From Octopus sinensis (Eukaryota), in contig NC_043010.1 in the NCBI RefSeq assembly GCF_006345805.1, positions 63,550,001 to 63,614,000 on the forward strand: a stretch of DNA of 64,000 bases, given 5' to 3'. Shown here piece after piece: positions 21,320 through 34,540 of this stretch (the stretch's first letter is position 1; every line of letters starts with the position of its first letter). Made by a program: the position numbers and the translations under genes. Below the pieces are notes generated by a model. It was not told where the DNA came from. It was given only the letters and a program-made list of their open reading frames with translations, and did not search any database.

Positions 21320-21790
21320 GAACTCTACAAAGTATACCAATGGTACCTCTCTTCCTACACAATATACTAATGGTACCTTGCTGTATATCGCTCTTTACAC
21401 AGTATACCAGTGGTACCTCACTGTATCTCTCTAAACAAAATATACTCATAGTACCTCACTGTATCTCTCTCTACACACTATACTAGTAGTACCTTGCCTA
21501 CACAATAATATACCAGTGTTACCTCATGTCTATCTCTTTCAGCACTATATACCAATAGTACTTCTCTGTATCTCTCTCCTTACACAATATACCAATGGTA
21601 CCTCAATTTTTCTTTCTCTCTCTAGATATGCAATATTTCAGTGGTACATCACTCTATCTTCACCAAATATACCAGTGGTACCTCACTCTATCTACACGCT
21701 CAACATTGCAGTGGTACCTCACAATATCTCTCTCTTGTGTATATCATCTGTATCACACTGTCTTTCTCTCTCTTTACACACACATACAAA
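21320..21790. repeat. Degenerate ~35-40-bp minisatellite (tatacca-tggtacctc-ctgtatctctct-tacacaa)
   Basis: About ten recurrences of a(a/g)t(g/a)gtacct. Confidence 0.75.
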
Positions 21791-22288
21791 ATATCAGTGA
21801 TACTGCACAATGTACGCTTCTCCTTCTATACACTATGTAACCCATACCTCAAACCCTCTCTCTCTATGTAAAGCTGAATTCATATCTATGCAGTTTATAA
21901 GTCATAAATGCCTTCACAATATGTTTTACCAAGATATATCGCATCTCTGATAAAACATTATTGATCATCTCTGTTTTACAGTCGTCATCAATCAAACATA
22001 CATGTCTATATACATCAAATATATACAAATGTGTATACACGTACACACAGACTCATTCATCAACACAAACGTATATTCGTGCATATTGCAGATATGCAAA
22101 TAATGTCATTTTGTAATGTGTTATTAAAAATCTTTATTAATTTTAATGCTTGTGTTAAAGTGTTTCATTAAATATCTGTTTTTCAGTTTCTCTGGCCATG
22201 CCGGAGCTTTGTCTCTATTTAACCTTGTCTAACCAATTAAACTTACCATACGAATATATATGTAAATGTGTGTGTGTATGTATGTATG

Positions 22289-22321
<33 letters not shown>

Positions 22322-22368
22322 GCCTTTGACTTACGTACCATATTCATCTGAATCTAAATTTTGCTGAA

Positions 22369-22424
<56 letters not shown>

Positions 22425-22613
22425 CTGGTGGCACGTATAAAGCACCCACTACACTCTTGGAGTGGTTGGCATTAGGAAGTGCATCCAGCTGTAGAAACAC
22501 TGCCAGATCAGACTGGAGCCTGGTGCAGCCTCCTGGCATCCCAGACCCTGGTCGAACCGTCCAACCCGTGCTAGCATGGAAAACAGACATTAAACGATGA
22601 TGATGATGATGAT
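22425..22613 (+). mobile_element. RTE 3' end with (GAT)n tail
   Basis: Family match. Confidence 0.82.
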
Positions 22614-22621
22614 ATACATAG

Positions 22622-22790
22622 ATCATCATCGTTTTACGTCCGTTTTCCATGCTAGTATGGGTTGGACGGTTTGACCGGGGTCTGGGAAGCCAGGAAGCTG
22701 CACCAAGCTCCAGTCTGGTCTGGGAGTGTTTATACAGCTGAATGCCCACCACTCCGTGAGTATAGTTGGTGTTTTTTACGTGCCACCGAC
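22622..22790 (-). mobile_element. RTE 3' end, inverted relative to its neighbour
   Basis: Family match on the minus strand. Confidence 0.8.
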
Positions 22791-23553
22791 ACAAGCCAAC
22801 ACACATCTCGACTTACAATCATTTCACGTCGGTCCAGGGCAATCAACTGGCAAAAATGAATAATCCTGCTTCTCGTTCAGGCGAGGAATATATGTGTCAC
22901 TGAAACCAGGAAACCGGCTGCTTAAGAGCCTGCCATGGCTCGAGAAGGAAACATTTATTTACACACACGCATGGCCACTTGAGAAAAATCACATGGGAAA
23001 ATACAATCGAAGGGAGGTAACTTTGCTACTTATTGTAAATCAATCGTGAGTGTTTGTCGTCTGGCAAACCACGAAATAATTGCGATTATATTTTTCTGAC
23101 AATTAATCGCCCCAACAGACATGAAATATTATTTTAAAAATTTCTTTTACATTTTGCAGTTTAACGAGACAAATAATTATTCAAAACTGGTGTGAAACAA
23201 CTTTAAGTAAACTAATAAACTATGTCATTTGATCAAATGAAAGCAATTTTGACGCATTAGACAAAAAATTGTAATCGTTATAACAAAAGCTCAATCTCAG
23301 GCATTTAAACTAATGATGTGTGTGTGTTTAAACGTGTATAAACACTCGCATATTGGAAAATTGTTGAATGGTGTAAGAAAAATATTTTGTAGTCAAAGGG
23401 AGACAACTCTATCTTATCCTCCTCAAAGGAGTTCCGTGGAAACGAGATGACGTGTAAGGTTGTTAGAAGACCGGGTCGCAATGTCGAGCGACTGGGATTC
23501 TGACTCCATATTACAAGTAATAAATATTTAGTGGCTGTGTGGTAAGTAGCTAA

Positions 23554-23938
23554 AGGCGTATGGGTGGCTGTGTGGTAAGTAGCTTGCTTACCAACCATAT
23601 GGTTCCGGGTTCAGTCCCCACTGTGTGGCACCTTGGGCGAGTGTCTTCTATTATAGCTTCGGGCCGACCAAAGCCTTGTGAGTGGATTTGGTAGACGGAA
23701 ACTGAAAGAAGCCCGTCGTATATATATGTATATGTGTGCATATGTTTGTCCCCCCAACATCGCTTGACAACCGATGCTGGTGTTTACGTCCCCGTAACTT
23801 AGCGGTTCGGCAAATGAGGCCGATAGAATAAGTACTAAGCTTACAAAGAATAAGTCCTGGGGTCTATTTGCTCGACTAAAGGCGGTGCTCCAGCATGGCC
23901 ACAGTCAAATGACTGATACAAGTGAAAGAGTAAAGAGT
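23554..23938 (+). mobile_element. tRNA-derived SINE family B (~390 bp, internal TA/TG microsatellite)
   Basis: gtggctgtgtggtaag A box, gggttcagtccc B box, caccttgggc(a/g)agtgtct core, tail cagcatggccacagtcaaatgactga. Confidence 0.88.
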
Positions 23939-24598
23939 CTTTGTGAATGGCTAACATGTATCCTCTTCGCAGCAATCCCTATAGTTTCAACACTGGGACT
24001 CGAATCAAATCACTTGCATGGCAAGCACGCTTCCATAATGTGTCATCTTAAATATATTACATTACGTCTAGAACCGTGGACTTCATTAATTAGTTCTGTG
24101 CAACTCTTTTCAGCGAATTCAACTCTTCTTACGATCAATTTTGTCTTTAATCTTGCTGCTAAGTTTGTTCTACAACCCTAGGTCAACTCTGATCCTGTAG
24201 ATCGAATCCTTACCATTACGTCTTTTATTCAGTGTCCAGGACTACATTATCGCTTGTTGCTGAGATGTATTTCATTTTCATCACCGGCTTCAACCCTCAT
24301 CTAGCAGACTTGTATGAAAAGTTTCCCACCGTGACCATCTCGTCTTTTTTTTTTTTTTTTCTGAAGCATAGGAGAATATATTTCTTGATACTTAATATCC
24401 TTCCTGTTTTAAAACATCAAGGTGTGATTCAACGAGGTATTTAGCTGCTATTTTGTTAATGAAAACAATATATATTAAAACACGAGGTATTTCAGGTTGT
24501 TTTTTTAGAGCATTAAAGACAAGTGAGGTGGAGGGGTTACCGACCCAGGAGAATGTGTTGTTACAAGTGAAAACAGGGCTGTCAATTGTACATAAATA

Positions 24599-24811
24599 TA
24601 TTTCTTTATTACCCACAAGGGGCTAAACATAGAGGGGACAAACAAGGACAGACAAACGGATTAAGTCGATTACATCGACCCCAGTGAACTGGTACTTAAT
24701 TTATGAAAGGCAAAGTCAACCTCGGCGGAATTTGAACTCAGAACGTAACAGCAGACGAAATACGGCTACGCATTTCGCCCGGTGTGCTAACGTTTCTGCC
24801 AGCTCGCCGCC
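24599..24811 (-). mobile_element. SINE family C
   Basis: Family match. Confidence 0.85.
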
Positions 24812-25903
24812 AGAGAGTTGGAGGCCTTATCGAGCCGAGGAGGAGTGGACTGAATGAATGGCGGAAGAGGATCGATTCAAAGGGAATCCTTTCAGCATTC
24901 ACTGCTGTGGTGTCGTGTTAAGAGAGAGATGTGCAGCATGGACAAATGGTTAAGAAGTCCGCATTTCACCCACAAGGTTTGACGTTCGACTTCGCTGCTT
25001 GGTATCTAGGATAAATGTTGTTTTCTTCGACCTCGGTTCGTCCCATACTTTTGTAAGTGGAGTCAGATAGACGGAAACAATATAAAAAATTCAGTAGAAT
25101 GGATTGTACCTATAATTCAGAGAAGCAGTCTTGTCATTCATATCTGTGGAATACACAGCCACTTACTCGTTATTGTCAAACCGATATTCACCCATTCCGT
25201 CAGCCAACCTTGCAGCTTACAATAAGGCGAAGCAGAGTTACCTCCCTTGCTTAACAAACCAGTTTAGGTTTTTTTTCTTTTTTTCCACAGATTTGCTTCG
25301 ATGTCCCCATCACAGGTCCTAAACCATTGACTTTAACTACTGTTCTTACGCGCAGGCAGGCACGTAGCTACGGGGGGTGGGGCTATAGGGTGCTCAGCAA
25401 CTCCAGTTAGACACTCAGCCCCTCCACCCCAGTATCAGAATTTGTTTTATCCACTTTTGAAAATAATACATTGTCGTCACCTTTTACTCTTAAGCAATAT
25501 CTGAAGTCGCTAAAGATGCAATAAATTGAATTTCTTTTGATTTAGCAGTTTAGTAAATATGCAAATGTGGGTAAATTAGAGCTGGTCAAAGTGTTTGTTG
25601 TAGCTGTAATTATTGTCGCAGAATTGGCTGCTGACCCGGTCATCAACTGTGGGTTGAATTAAGGATTTGGCTGACGATGGGTCAGTTGTTGTTATTGTTG
25701 TTGCTGTGGTGGTCGTGGTGGCGATGGAGCGGCTGGTGATTGTCCTTGTTGCTGTTGAAAAAAGTCTGTGAAGAATTGTTGCTGTAGTTAGAGATTTACG
25801 GTAGTAAACGCATCACTACACACATATATATGAACAGAGACGGATATTAAAAAGTCATTTTATTTTTACTAGTCAGAGAGGATTATTATTTGCGAAAAAG
25901 GAA

Positions 25904-26075
25904 AGGCGCAGGAGTGACTGTGTGATAAGTAGCTTGCTAACCAACCACATGGTTCCGGGTTCAGTCCCACTGCATGGCATCTTGGGCAAGTGTCTTCTAC
26001 TATAGCCTCGGGCCGACCAAAGCCTTGTGAGTGGATTTGGTAGACGGAAACTGAAAGAAGCCTGTCGTATATATG

Positions 26076-26108
<33 letters not shown>

Positions 26109-26250
26109 TTGTGTGTCTGTGTTTGTCCCCCTAGCATTGCTTGACAACCAATGCTGGTGTGTTTATGTCTCCGTCACTTAGCGGTTCGGCAAAAAGAGAC
26201 CGATAGAATAAGTACTGGGCTTACAAAAGTCCCGGGGTCGAGTTGCTCGA
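25904..26250 (+). mobile_element. SINE family B, 3' end replaced by half of a piggyBac-like MITE (26253-26361)
   Basis: Family match; abrupt junction at ~26251. Confidence 0.85.
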
Positions 26251-26589
26251 TTATTGTGACTAAGGTTTGGTGGAATATTTTCATTCAAAACTTATAAAAA
26301 CTAGACATTTATACTAAAGAGCCAGAGCCAGTTTCAGCTGGGTTAGTAACGAAAGGGTTAAGCTTTGGAAGGATTTGAAATGAAGAAAACCTGGAACCAA
26401 ACAAGCACAAATAGGAATGCAGGGGTGTCACACCCAGACACAAAATGATAGGGACATACACACACAGAGGGTGTCCCAGAATTAACTATTTCAATGAAAT
26501 TGGGCAAATTTTATATTCATTACTTAATTATGAGACCAAATCAAAGAGATTTATAAATCTTATGTTAAAACTTTATTGAAAATTTTCAA

Positions 26590-27047
26590 CGCAGGAGTGG
26601 CTGTGTGGTAAGCAGCTTGCTAACCAACCACATGGTTCTAGGTTCAGTCCCACTGCATGGCACCTTGGGTGCGTGTCTTCTACTATAGCCTGGGGCCGAC
26701 CAAAGCCATGTGAGTGGATTTGGTAGGTGGAAACTGAAAGAAGCTCATCATATATGGCGGTGCCCCAGCAAATGGCGGTGCCCCAGCATGGCCACAGCTC
26801 ATGGGCTGAAACTAGAATCAATCAATCATATATATGTGTGTGTGTGTGTCCATGTTTGTCCCCCCACCATCACTTGACAACCGATGCTGGTGTGTTTACG
26901 TCCTCGTAACTTAGCGGTTTAGCAAAAGAGACTGAAAGAATAAGTACTAGGCTTACAAAGAATAAATCCTGGGGGTCGATTTGCTCGACTAAAGGCGGTG
27001 CTCCAGCATGGCCACAGTCAAATGACTGAAACGAGTAAAAGAACAAA
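26590..27047 (+). mobile_element. SINE family B with internal duplicated tail segment
   Basis: Family match; atggcggtgccccagca occurs twice at 26754-26790. Confidence 0.85.
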
Positions 27048-27406
27048 AGAATATAAAAATATGCTCCGTCTGTCTCCCTGCAAATTTCAAATCCATCCTT
27101 TGTGTTGTGAAATGCATTTTGAAGCATTTCAGGGGATGTCTCCTAACTGAATGCGTTTGTTTTTAAGTTCAGCCAAACTATTGATCCATCCTGGGATGGA
27201 GGGAGAAAAAAAATGATTGCAGCTAAATTGAAAAAAAGCTGTGGACAGAGAAACCGGATCCAACAGGAATGAAAATAAAATTATAAACAAAATAAAAAAA
27301 CTGAGACACTTTTAATACATATCAAACATGATAAACATAAATGAAAGAGAATTTTAAAAAAAAATCATCCAATTTCGCTACTGCATCGATGTATACAAGA
27401 TGTAGT

Positions 27407-27788
27407 GGAGGCGCAATGGCCCAGTGGTTAGGGCAGCAGACTCGCGGTCGTAGGATCGCAGTTTCGATTCTCAGACCGGGCGTTGTGAGTGTTTATTGAG
27501 CGAAAACACCTAAAAGCTCCACGAGGCTCCGGCAGGGGATGGTGGTGATCCCTGCTGCACTCTTTCACCACAACTTTCTCTCACTCTTACTTCCTGTTTC
27601 TGTTGTACCTGTATTTCAAAGGGCCGGCCTTGTCACTCTCTGTGTCACGCTGAATATCCCCAAGAACTTCGGTAAGGGTACACGTGTCTGTGGAGTGCTC
27701 AGCCACTTACACGTTAATTTCATGAGCAGGCTGTTCCGTTGATCGGATCAACCGGAACCCTCGTCGTCGTAACCGACGGAGTGCTTCC
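27407..27788 (+). mobile_element. SINE family A
   Basis: 12-bp TSD tatacaagatgt at 27392-27403 and 27790-27801. Confidence 0.92.
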
Positions 27789-27889
27789 TTATACAAGATG
27801 TCCCAAAAATAGTCATAACATTATTAGCAATAAAAAGCATGGTTGTTAGTTAGGATTATAAGATCATGATTATTTCATGTCAGTGGACA

Positions 27890-28075
27890 TAATCTTGAGT
27901 GACCAGCTTGATTTCAGACCAAGAGAGACCGACTGCTTTTCTTTCATTTTCCGTACATCCTTTCCAGGTCTTCTTCGGTCGTCCAACTTCCCTCTTTCCT
28001 TCTCGTCTTGCAATGCACCTTGGAGGTCTCCTTAGAGTGCCACTGATCCAGCCCCATTTTTTTATCAGAATTTCT
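27890..28075 (-). mobile_element. Old LINE (RTE-like) C-terminal fragment
   Basis: Minus strand reads GKREVGRPKKTWKGCTE. Confidence 0.55.
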
Positions 28076-28107
28076 TAAGGGGGAGTTTGGTTCATTATAT
28101 CCAACAA

Positions 28108-28501
28108 CTAGCAGTATCACCCGGCGTTGCTCGGGTTTGTTTCGACCCTTTAGAATTGGAATTTTTGAAAAGTAACAATTTTGCATTATGTAGCTTGTTA
28201 TTCTCTTTAAGTGAACATTTTTCTGGTTGAAATACACCGAAAAATGGTGACACAGCAGTAAAAAATATCGTAAAAAATAGGAATTTCCATAGAAAAAAAA
28301 GCACCTTTTTGATGTAAATAATTTTTGGTGTTAACATGGTCTGATTTGAATTTTTTCTTCTACAGAAGGAAGAGCAGGCCTTCTTCTATCATACTCTCAA
28401 TTTTAGTCAACTTGTGCCGCAGGGTCTCAGAGGAGATAGTGTTAGTTGAAGGCTACCAAACCTGCCGTACACAGACAACTTTAGCTTTATATAGAGAGAG
28501 A
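28108..28501 (-). mobile_element. Non-autonomous Helitron
   Basis: Minus strand A|TC start at 28501, subterminal hairpin acccgagcaacgccgggt, CTAG|T end at 28108; no TSD. Confidence 0.75.
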
Positions 28502-29369
28502 TAAAAGACACACACACACACATTACATACAATAATGAAAACAACACAGTATTTCCCACAATGATTTATTACTGAAAAAAGTAGAAAAACAGTTTACATT
28601 ACAGTGTTATTATAATTATTGTTATTATTATAATTATTATTATTAGTGATATTAGAGAGAGAAAGAGGAGAGGGAAATGAGGGGGGAGAGAGAGAGATGG
28701 GGGGAGGTAAAATACGACCACGGAGTTCATTCAATACCCATATGTGATTGAATAGAAAAAATATAGAATTAAAAACGTTACTGTGTTGGTGGCATGTATA
28801 CATAGAAGTGTTTATATATATATATATATGTGTGTGTGTATATATATCTTCCAGTACATGCTTGTTATATAAACCCGTGTGTGTGTATGCGTGCATATAT
28901 ATATATATATATATAGATAGATATAGATATATGTATATATATATATGCATACACATATATACACCTACAAATACACACAATCATATACACACCCATCTTA
29001 TACAAATTGTTGAGGTAGTAAAAAAAAAACATTGACATATAAAGGAGTAAAGAAGTGGACATGTCATTAAGTAAAAATATAAAACCACATTATAAAGGCC
29101 TGCATACATGTTTATGTGTGGGGGATGTATATGCTCACGCGTGTGTATTTATATACATATATATATATAATGCATGCATAGGTATAAATATATACACGTT
29201 GCTCTTTTACATCCATTTTCCAAAGGGATTGCATATGGGTGTTGCTCAGAATAAACGCTTCTACGAATAGCTGTCCTCTTTTAATGACCAGTGGTCATTT
29301 GACTGTGAAGTGAGGAGTGGAACGAGAGGAGTTGCACACCTTGTTCACAGGTATAAAAATACAATGGAT

Positions 29370-29715
29370 TGTGGCCGTTGCCAGCCTCGTCTGGCCCCCA
29401 TGCTGGTGGCACGTAAAAAGCACCATCCGATCGTGGCCGTTTGCCAGCCTCTTCTGGCCCCCGTGCCGGTGGCACGTAAAAAGCACCATCCGATCGTGGC
29501 CGTTTGCCAGCCTCGTCTGGCACCTGTGCAGGTGGCACGTAAAAAGCACCCACTACACTCACGGAGTGGTTGGCGTTAGGAAGGGCATCCAGCTGTAGAA
29601 ACACTGCCAGATCAGACTGGAGCCTGGTGCAGCCTTCTGGCTTCCCAGACCCCAGTTGAGCCGTCCAACCCATGCTAGCATGGAAAGCAGACGTTAAACG
29701 ATGATGGTGATGATG
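29370..29715 (+). mobile_element. RTE 3' UTR with three ~60-bp tandem units and GAT tail
   Basis: gtggccgtt(t)gccagcct...ggtggcacgtaaaaagcacc three times. Confidence 0.85.
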
Positions 29716-30425
29716 AACTAAAAGAGTTTAACTACACACACACACATAGAAGCAAAAAATATAAGGATCTCTGTTGGTTTTGAAGATGAGTAATTCCAGT
29801 TCTTTAATCAACGGAACCACCTGCCTATGGAATTTTAGTGTTAGTGATCGAGCTTTCCACAGACACAGGTATTCTTAAGGTAACACACAGGTAAAATCAG
29901 TTTGATGGTGTGATAAGGCCGGTCGTCTTTTGGATCAGAAGTGCAATCCATCCATTAGGCCCCTGCAGTTTCTGTCTGCCTGATTTCCCCACACGGGGCT
30001 TGGATCAACCCAGGGTTAGATGAATAGACACAGTCTCAACAAGAAGCACAGAAGGAGATTGAACCTGAGATCATATGACTGTGAAGTGAACTTCTAAACC
30101 ACTTGACCACACACACACACAACTGCCACTGTATTGACCAGACTATCGGACACTGTTGCACACCACTGGTCACCATGCACTTGCTTGCATTGTTGTAGCT
30201 TTTGAAAGATGCCACCCTGCTGGCTAGGCAAGCAGACACACACACACACACATGCATAGATATATAGATATGTACATACATATATATATACACACACATA
30301 TGTACATATATGATTTTAAAATTAATCATATATATATATATATACATACATACACACATGTATGTTTAAAAACAAAGACAGGCTCCTGATGAAAATTCAC
30401 ACATACAGAAACATATAGACACATA

Positions 30426-30808
30426 CTCTTTTTACTCGTTTCAGTCATTTGACTGCAGCCATGCTGGAGCACCGCCTTTAGTCGAGCAAATCGACCCCGG
30501 GACTTATTCCTTGTAAGCCCAGTACTTATTCTATCAGTCTCTTTTTGCCGAACTGCTAAGTGACGGGGACGTAAACACACCAGCATCGGTTGTCAAGCAA
30601 TGCTAGGGGGACAAACACAGACACACACATACATATATATATACGACAGGCTTCTTTCAATTCCTGTCTACCAAATCCACTCACAAGGCATTGGTTGGCC
30701 CGGGGTTATAGCAGAAGACACTTGCCCAAGATGCCACGCAGTGGGACTGAACCAGGGAACCATGTGGTTGGTTAGCAAGCTACTTACCACACAGCCACTC
30801 CTGCGCCT
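30426..30808 (-). mobile_element. SINE family B
   Basis: Family match. Confidence 0.88.
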
Positions 30809-32175
30809 ATGTGCATACTTAATTCTTAGCCACATATATTCACACACACACACATCTTTTAGCTCAAACAGAACCAATGAAGAGGTTTAGTGACACACGA
30901 CTGCTGCCCTGATGTTTGTAACAATTCTAAAATATTTCCTAAACTATATTATTTTTATATTGTAGTTGATCCTCATCTCTAGGGGTCAGCCCAGATAGAA
31001 TACACCCATGATAGAAAGAGTTCCAGTGATGACCATCTCACATTATTAGGGGCCGTTCAAGAATTTGGACCTGGTGATCTCCATTTCTAGCGACTTCGAG
31101 GGCCACCTCCCAGTGGTGTCGGGCGTCAACGAAGAGCCCTCGACTACAACAAGACGACCAAAGTTTTTTTTTTCCCAAGGTCTGGGGTCTCCCGCCCCTA
31201 AGCCCTAGACCATCACCTAATCACCCTTACTATTCTTGTTGCTTAACAACAACAACATTATTAGGGAGTATCTGGGAAGCAATTTGGGAGAGATTTGGTT
31301 GCTATTTCTAATAAGCTATGTAACCACATAGGGATTCTTTCGTTGATTTGGGAGCAATGATAGGTTAAAGTTATTTGTACGGGAGCAAAGAGATTATCAT
31401 AAGTATTAAACTAGGGAAATAACAAGCAAAAACCATTCCTATTGGCATTAATCACCATTGTCATGGTTTGGCTGAGTTCTCTGATCTCCATTACATTCCT
31501 TATACGTGTGTGTGTGTGTGTGTAAATTGCTGGTAGGGACACTGTATTTCATTATGCAGTCACAGATCCAACCAAGCAAATTAAAAGTTCATAAGTCAAT
31601 ACTGCGTACCCCACTGTATTATTAGCAGTGCGATTCAATCACAAAACTTTCAGTGCTGGGTCTAGTTTCTGTAGAGATAACTTTAAAAAAATTATATATA
31701 TGCTTGTGTGTGTATATATATATTTCCCTTCCTTCCTGAGCGTCCAATAATACTATATTTGTTCCACGTCCTCGCGTTGTTGTTTTCATGTTTGGATTAA
31801 CTTTATATATATATATATATATATATATTATATCACTTTTTAAAATTTCTGCGTATCATACTTAAAGCAGACACATCATGGAGAACCCAATTAGCTGCAG
31901 TATTTGTCCAGAGACAGCATCTCCAATAGACACACAGAGTTAAAAAACACAGAAATACATCGGTAGCAGATGGGAAATTGTCCAGCAGCATTGGTAGCAT
32001 TGCTGAATACTGATTTCTGTCTCTTTGGGTTTTGTCAATAGCAAGTGACCATGAAGATTTCCCTCAAGAAGATAACACATTGCCTAGCCCAGGAATTGAA
32101 ACCACAATCTTATTCTCATGAGTGCAACACCTTAACCGCTGAAAGTCATGTGCCTCCATGGAGAAATATATATAT

Positions 32176-32206
<31 letters not shown>

Positions 32207-33833
32207 CATATATATTTGTGTGTATATGGATATGTGTGTGTGTATGGATATATATATATATATATCCGTCCAGAGGTTGGATCTGAACTGAAAACCCTAT
32301 TTCTGATAGTGCTTTAATGTTGTTAAGAAGCATTTAGGATGATCCGAGACTGAGCCAGTCAGAGACACTGATGTGGAGCATCATCATATGCGATAGTTAC
32401 TAAAATTTATGTCTTCTTATTAAACTAAGGGATTGAAGTTGTGTGTGAGGCTGTAAGGAAGCCTACAGACAAACAGTTAAGGTTTTGTGAGCTATAAAAG
32501 CCATTGAACAACAGAGGTTGGCCTTAATTCCTTCAAATTGAAAACAACACATTTCAACATCTGCCGTTTAAGAGACGAAACAACGATGAAATAATAATTA
32601 GTAATTTTGTTACATAAACGGGTTTTTGTAAATGATTAGCTTTTTGTCCAAAATGTGGTGATGTCCCTTAAATATGTTTCGACCATAGACAGATTTCATG
32701 GGTGAAAAATAGATGTTTGTGTTTTTTTTTTTTTTTTTATTTTTCCCTGCCAGAATGTAAACATTGCAAGCGAGAGGTGTGACCTGAACCAGTCGACTGC
32801 AATGTTCAAATAGCTAAGATATAAACAGAAAAGATTAAACATGGATTTGAATGAAGGTCAGCAAAATGTAAACTTAGGATTAGAGGAGTTTTTAACCCGG
32901 GGCCTGTGACAGCTCCCAATTTGCAATGTTAAGTTCCAAGTTCTAATCCTTGTGACAGAAATGAAGCAAATGGAATGATGACATGCTTTGCTGGTGACAC
33001 TGTTAGTGATTCATGTAGATTTGAAGGCACACAGATCCAACGGGGGTATCACAGCAGTTCTACAGTAGTCTGTCACCCGATTGAGTTTACAGTTTAGTCA
33101 GGCCATCAACTGTTGTTCAATTTTTCTAGAGCTTTCTGGAAATTGAGGAGGAGAATGTTGTGGACTCCAACAACAATTTATTTGGTCTTGACACCCTAAC
33201 TCCACCAGAGATGATTGTTGAGAGAAGGAGACACAGCGAGCAAGAGGGGAGGAGAAAATATACGGGAAGGGGGCCGAGTTGTTATTGTACAGGGTCGGTA
33301 AGGAAAAGATATCAGGGATTGTGAAGCTGTTACGTTGGACAAGACACAGACCCTCTTTAAAAAGGTTCTGTTGAATAATTTCATAATTAAGTTGGAAGAA
33401 GTTATTGCTTGTTAAACCAAAATATAAACAACAACAACAATAATTGTTTCTGACATAAAGCTAGCAGAGGAGTGGAGGTGGTGTGGGGGAAGAGTCAATA
33501 CCACTGACTCTGATATTTGACTGGTACTTTATTTTATTGACCCTGAAAAGATGAGATCTCTAGGATTTGAACTGAGACGAGTTCAAAAGAGCTCTAACAA
33601 TTCTGTCAGCTTGTTGCCTTAACAACAACAACAACAACAACAATAATTCTTTATACTACAGACACAAGGCCTGAAATTTTGAAGGAAGTGTGCGCATGTG
33701 AGGAGCAGATAAATTACATCAACCCCCAGTGATCATCTGATGTTCATTTTATTGACCCTGAAAGGATAAAAGGCAAACTCAACCTCAGCGGAATTTGAAC
33801 TCAAATCATAAACGGCCAAAAGAAATGAACAAG

Positions 33834-33867
<34 letters not shown>

Positions 33868-34331
33868 CTGAGATGGGCATCAGAAGAGAAATTGCTGGAG
33901 TTAAAGTATAGTTGATTGAATGAACCCTGGTAAGTCAAAGGTTCTGGCTTCACTCACCAAGGATTTCAACACTTAATATAACAAGATGTAAGAAAGGTTT
34001 CCTGTACTTTGCTGTTAATAACAGTAGTTATAAGAATTAGCCAATTATGAAAGGACAAATTAATGAGGAGGTACAGTTGATTACTATGGAGCCCAATTCT
34101 TGAATGGTACTTGCTTTATGGGCCCCTTAACTAATAAAAGTTACAGTTGACCAATGGAATTTGAACCGGGAACATAATTCAATGCAAAAAGGCATCTTTT
34201 CACTTTATCAATTCTGCCATTCCACATTAAGAAACCACTAAGAATAAGCTGTGTTCAAACCCTCAATTGGTAATACACACACACACACACACACACACAT
34301 ACATACATACATATAAACACAGATACACGTA

Positions 34332-34386
<55 letters not shown>

Positions 34387-34392
34387 GGGCAT

Positions 34393-34540
34393 CCCATTAG
34401 GAAGGGCATCCAGCCATAGAAACACTGCCAGATCAGACTGGGCCTGGTGCAGCCTTCTGGCTTCCCAGACCCCAGTTAAACTGTCCAACCCATGCTAGCG
34501 TGGAAAGCAGACGTTAAACGATGATGATAATGATGATGAT
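34393..34540 (+). mobile_element. RTE 3' end with GAT tail
   Basis: Family match, flanked by (TA)n. Confidence 0.8.

Noticed and set aside
21320-21790. Repeat-spacer look suggestive of a CRISPR array
   Set aside because: Eukaryotic context, degenerate units, spacers related to each other, no cas genes
32365-32402. ctgatgtgg-agcat...atgc-gata hammerhead-like string
   Set aside because: Both core segments are mutated and there is no stem I; too degenerate to support
32720-32790. Strong acceptor-like site followed by ECKHCKREV* (CxxC)
   Set aside because: Stops in all frames within about 20 codons; no finger completion or donor
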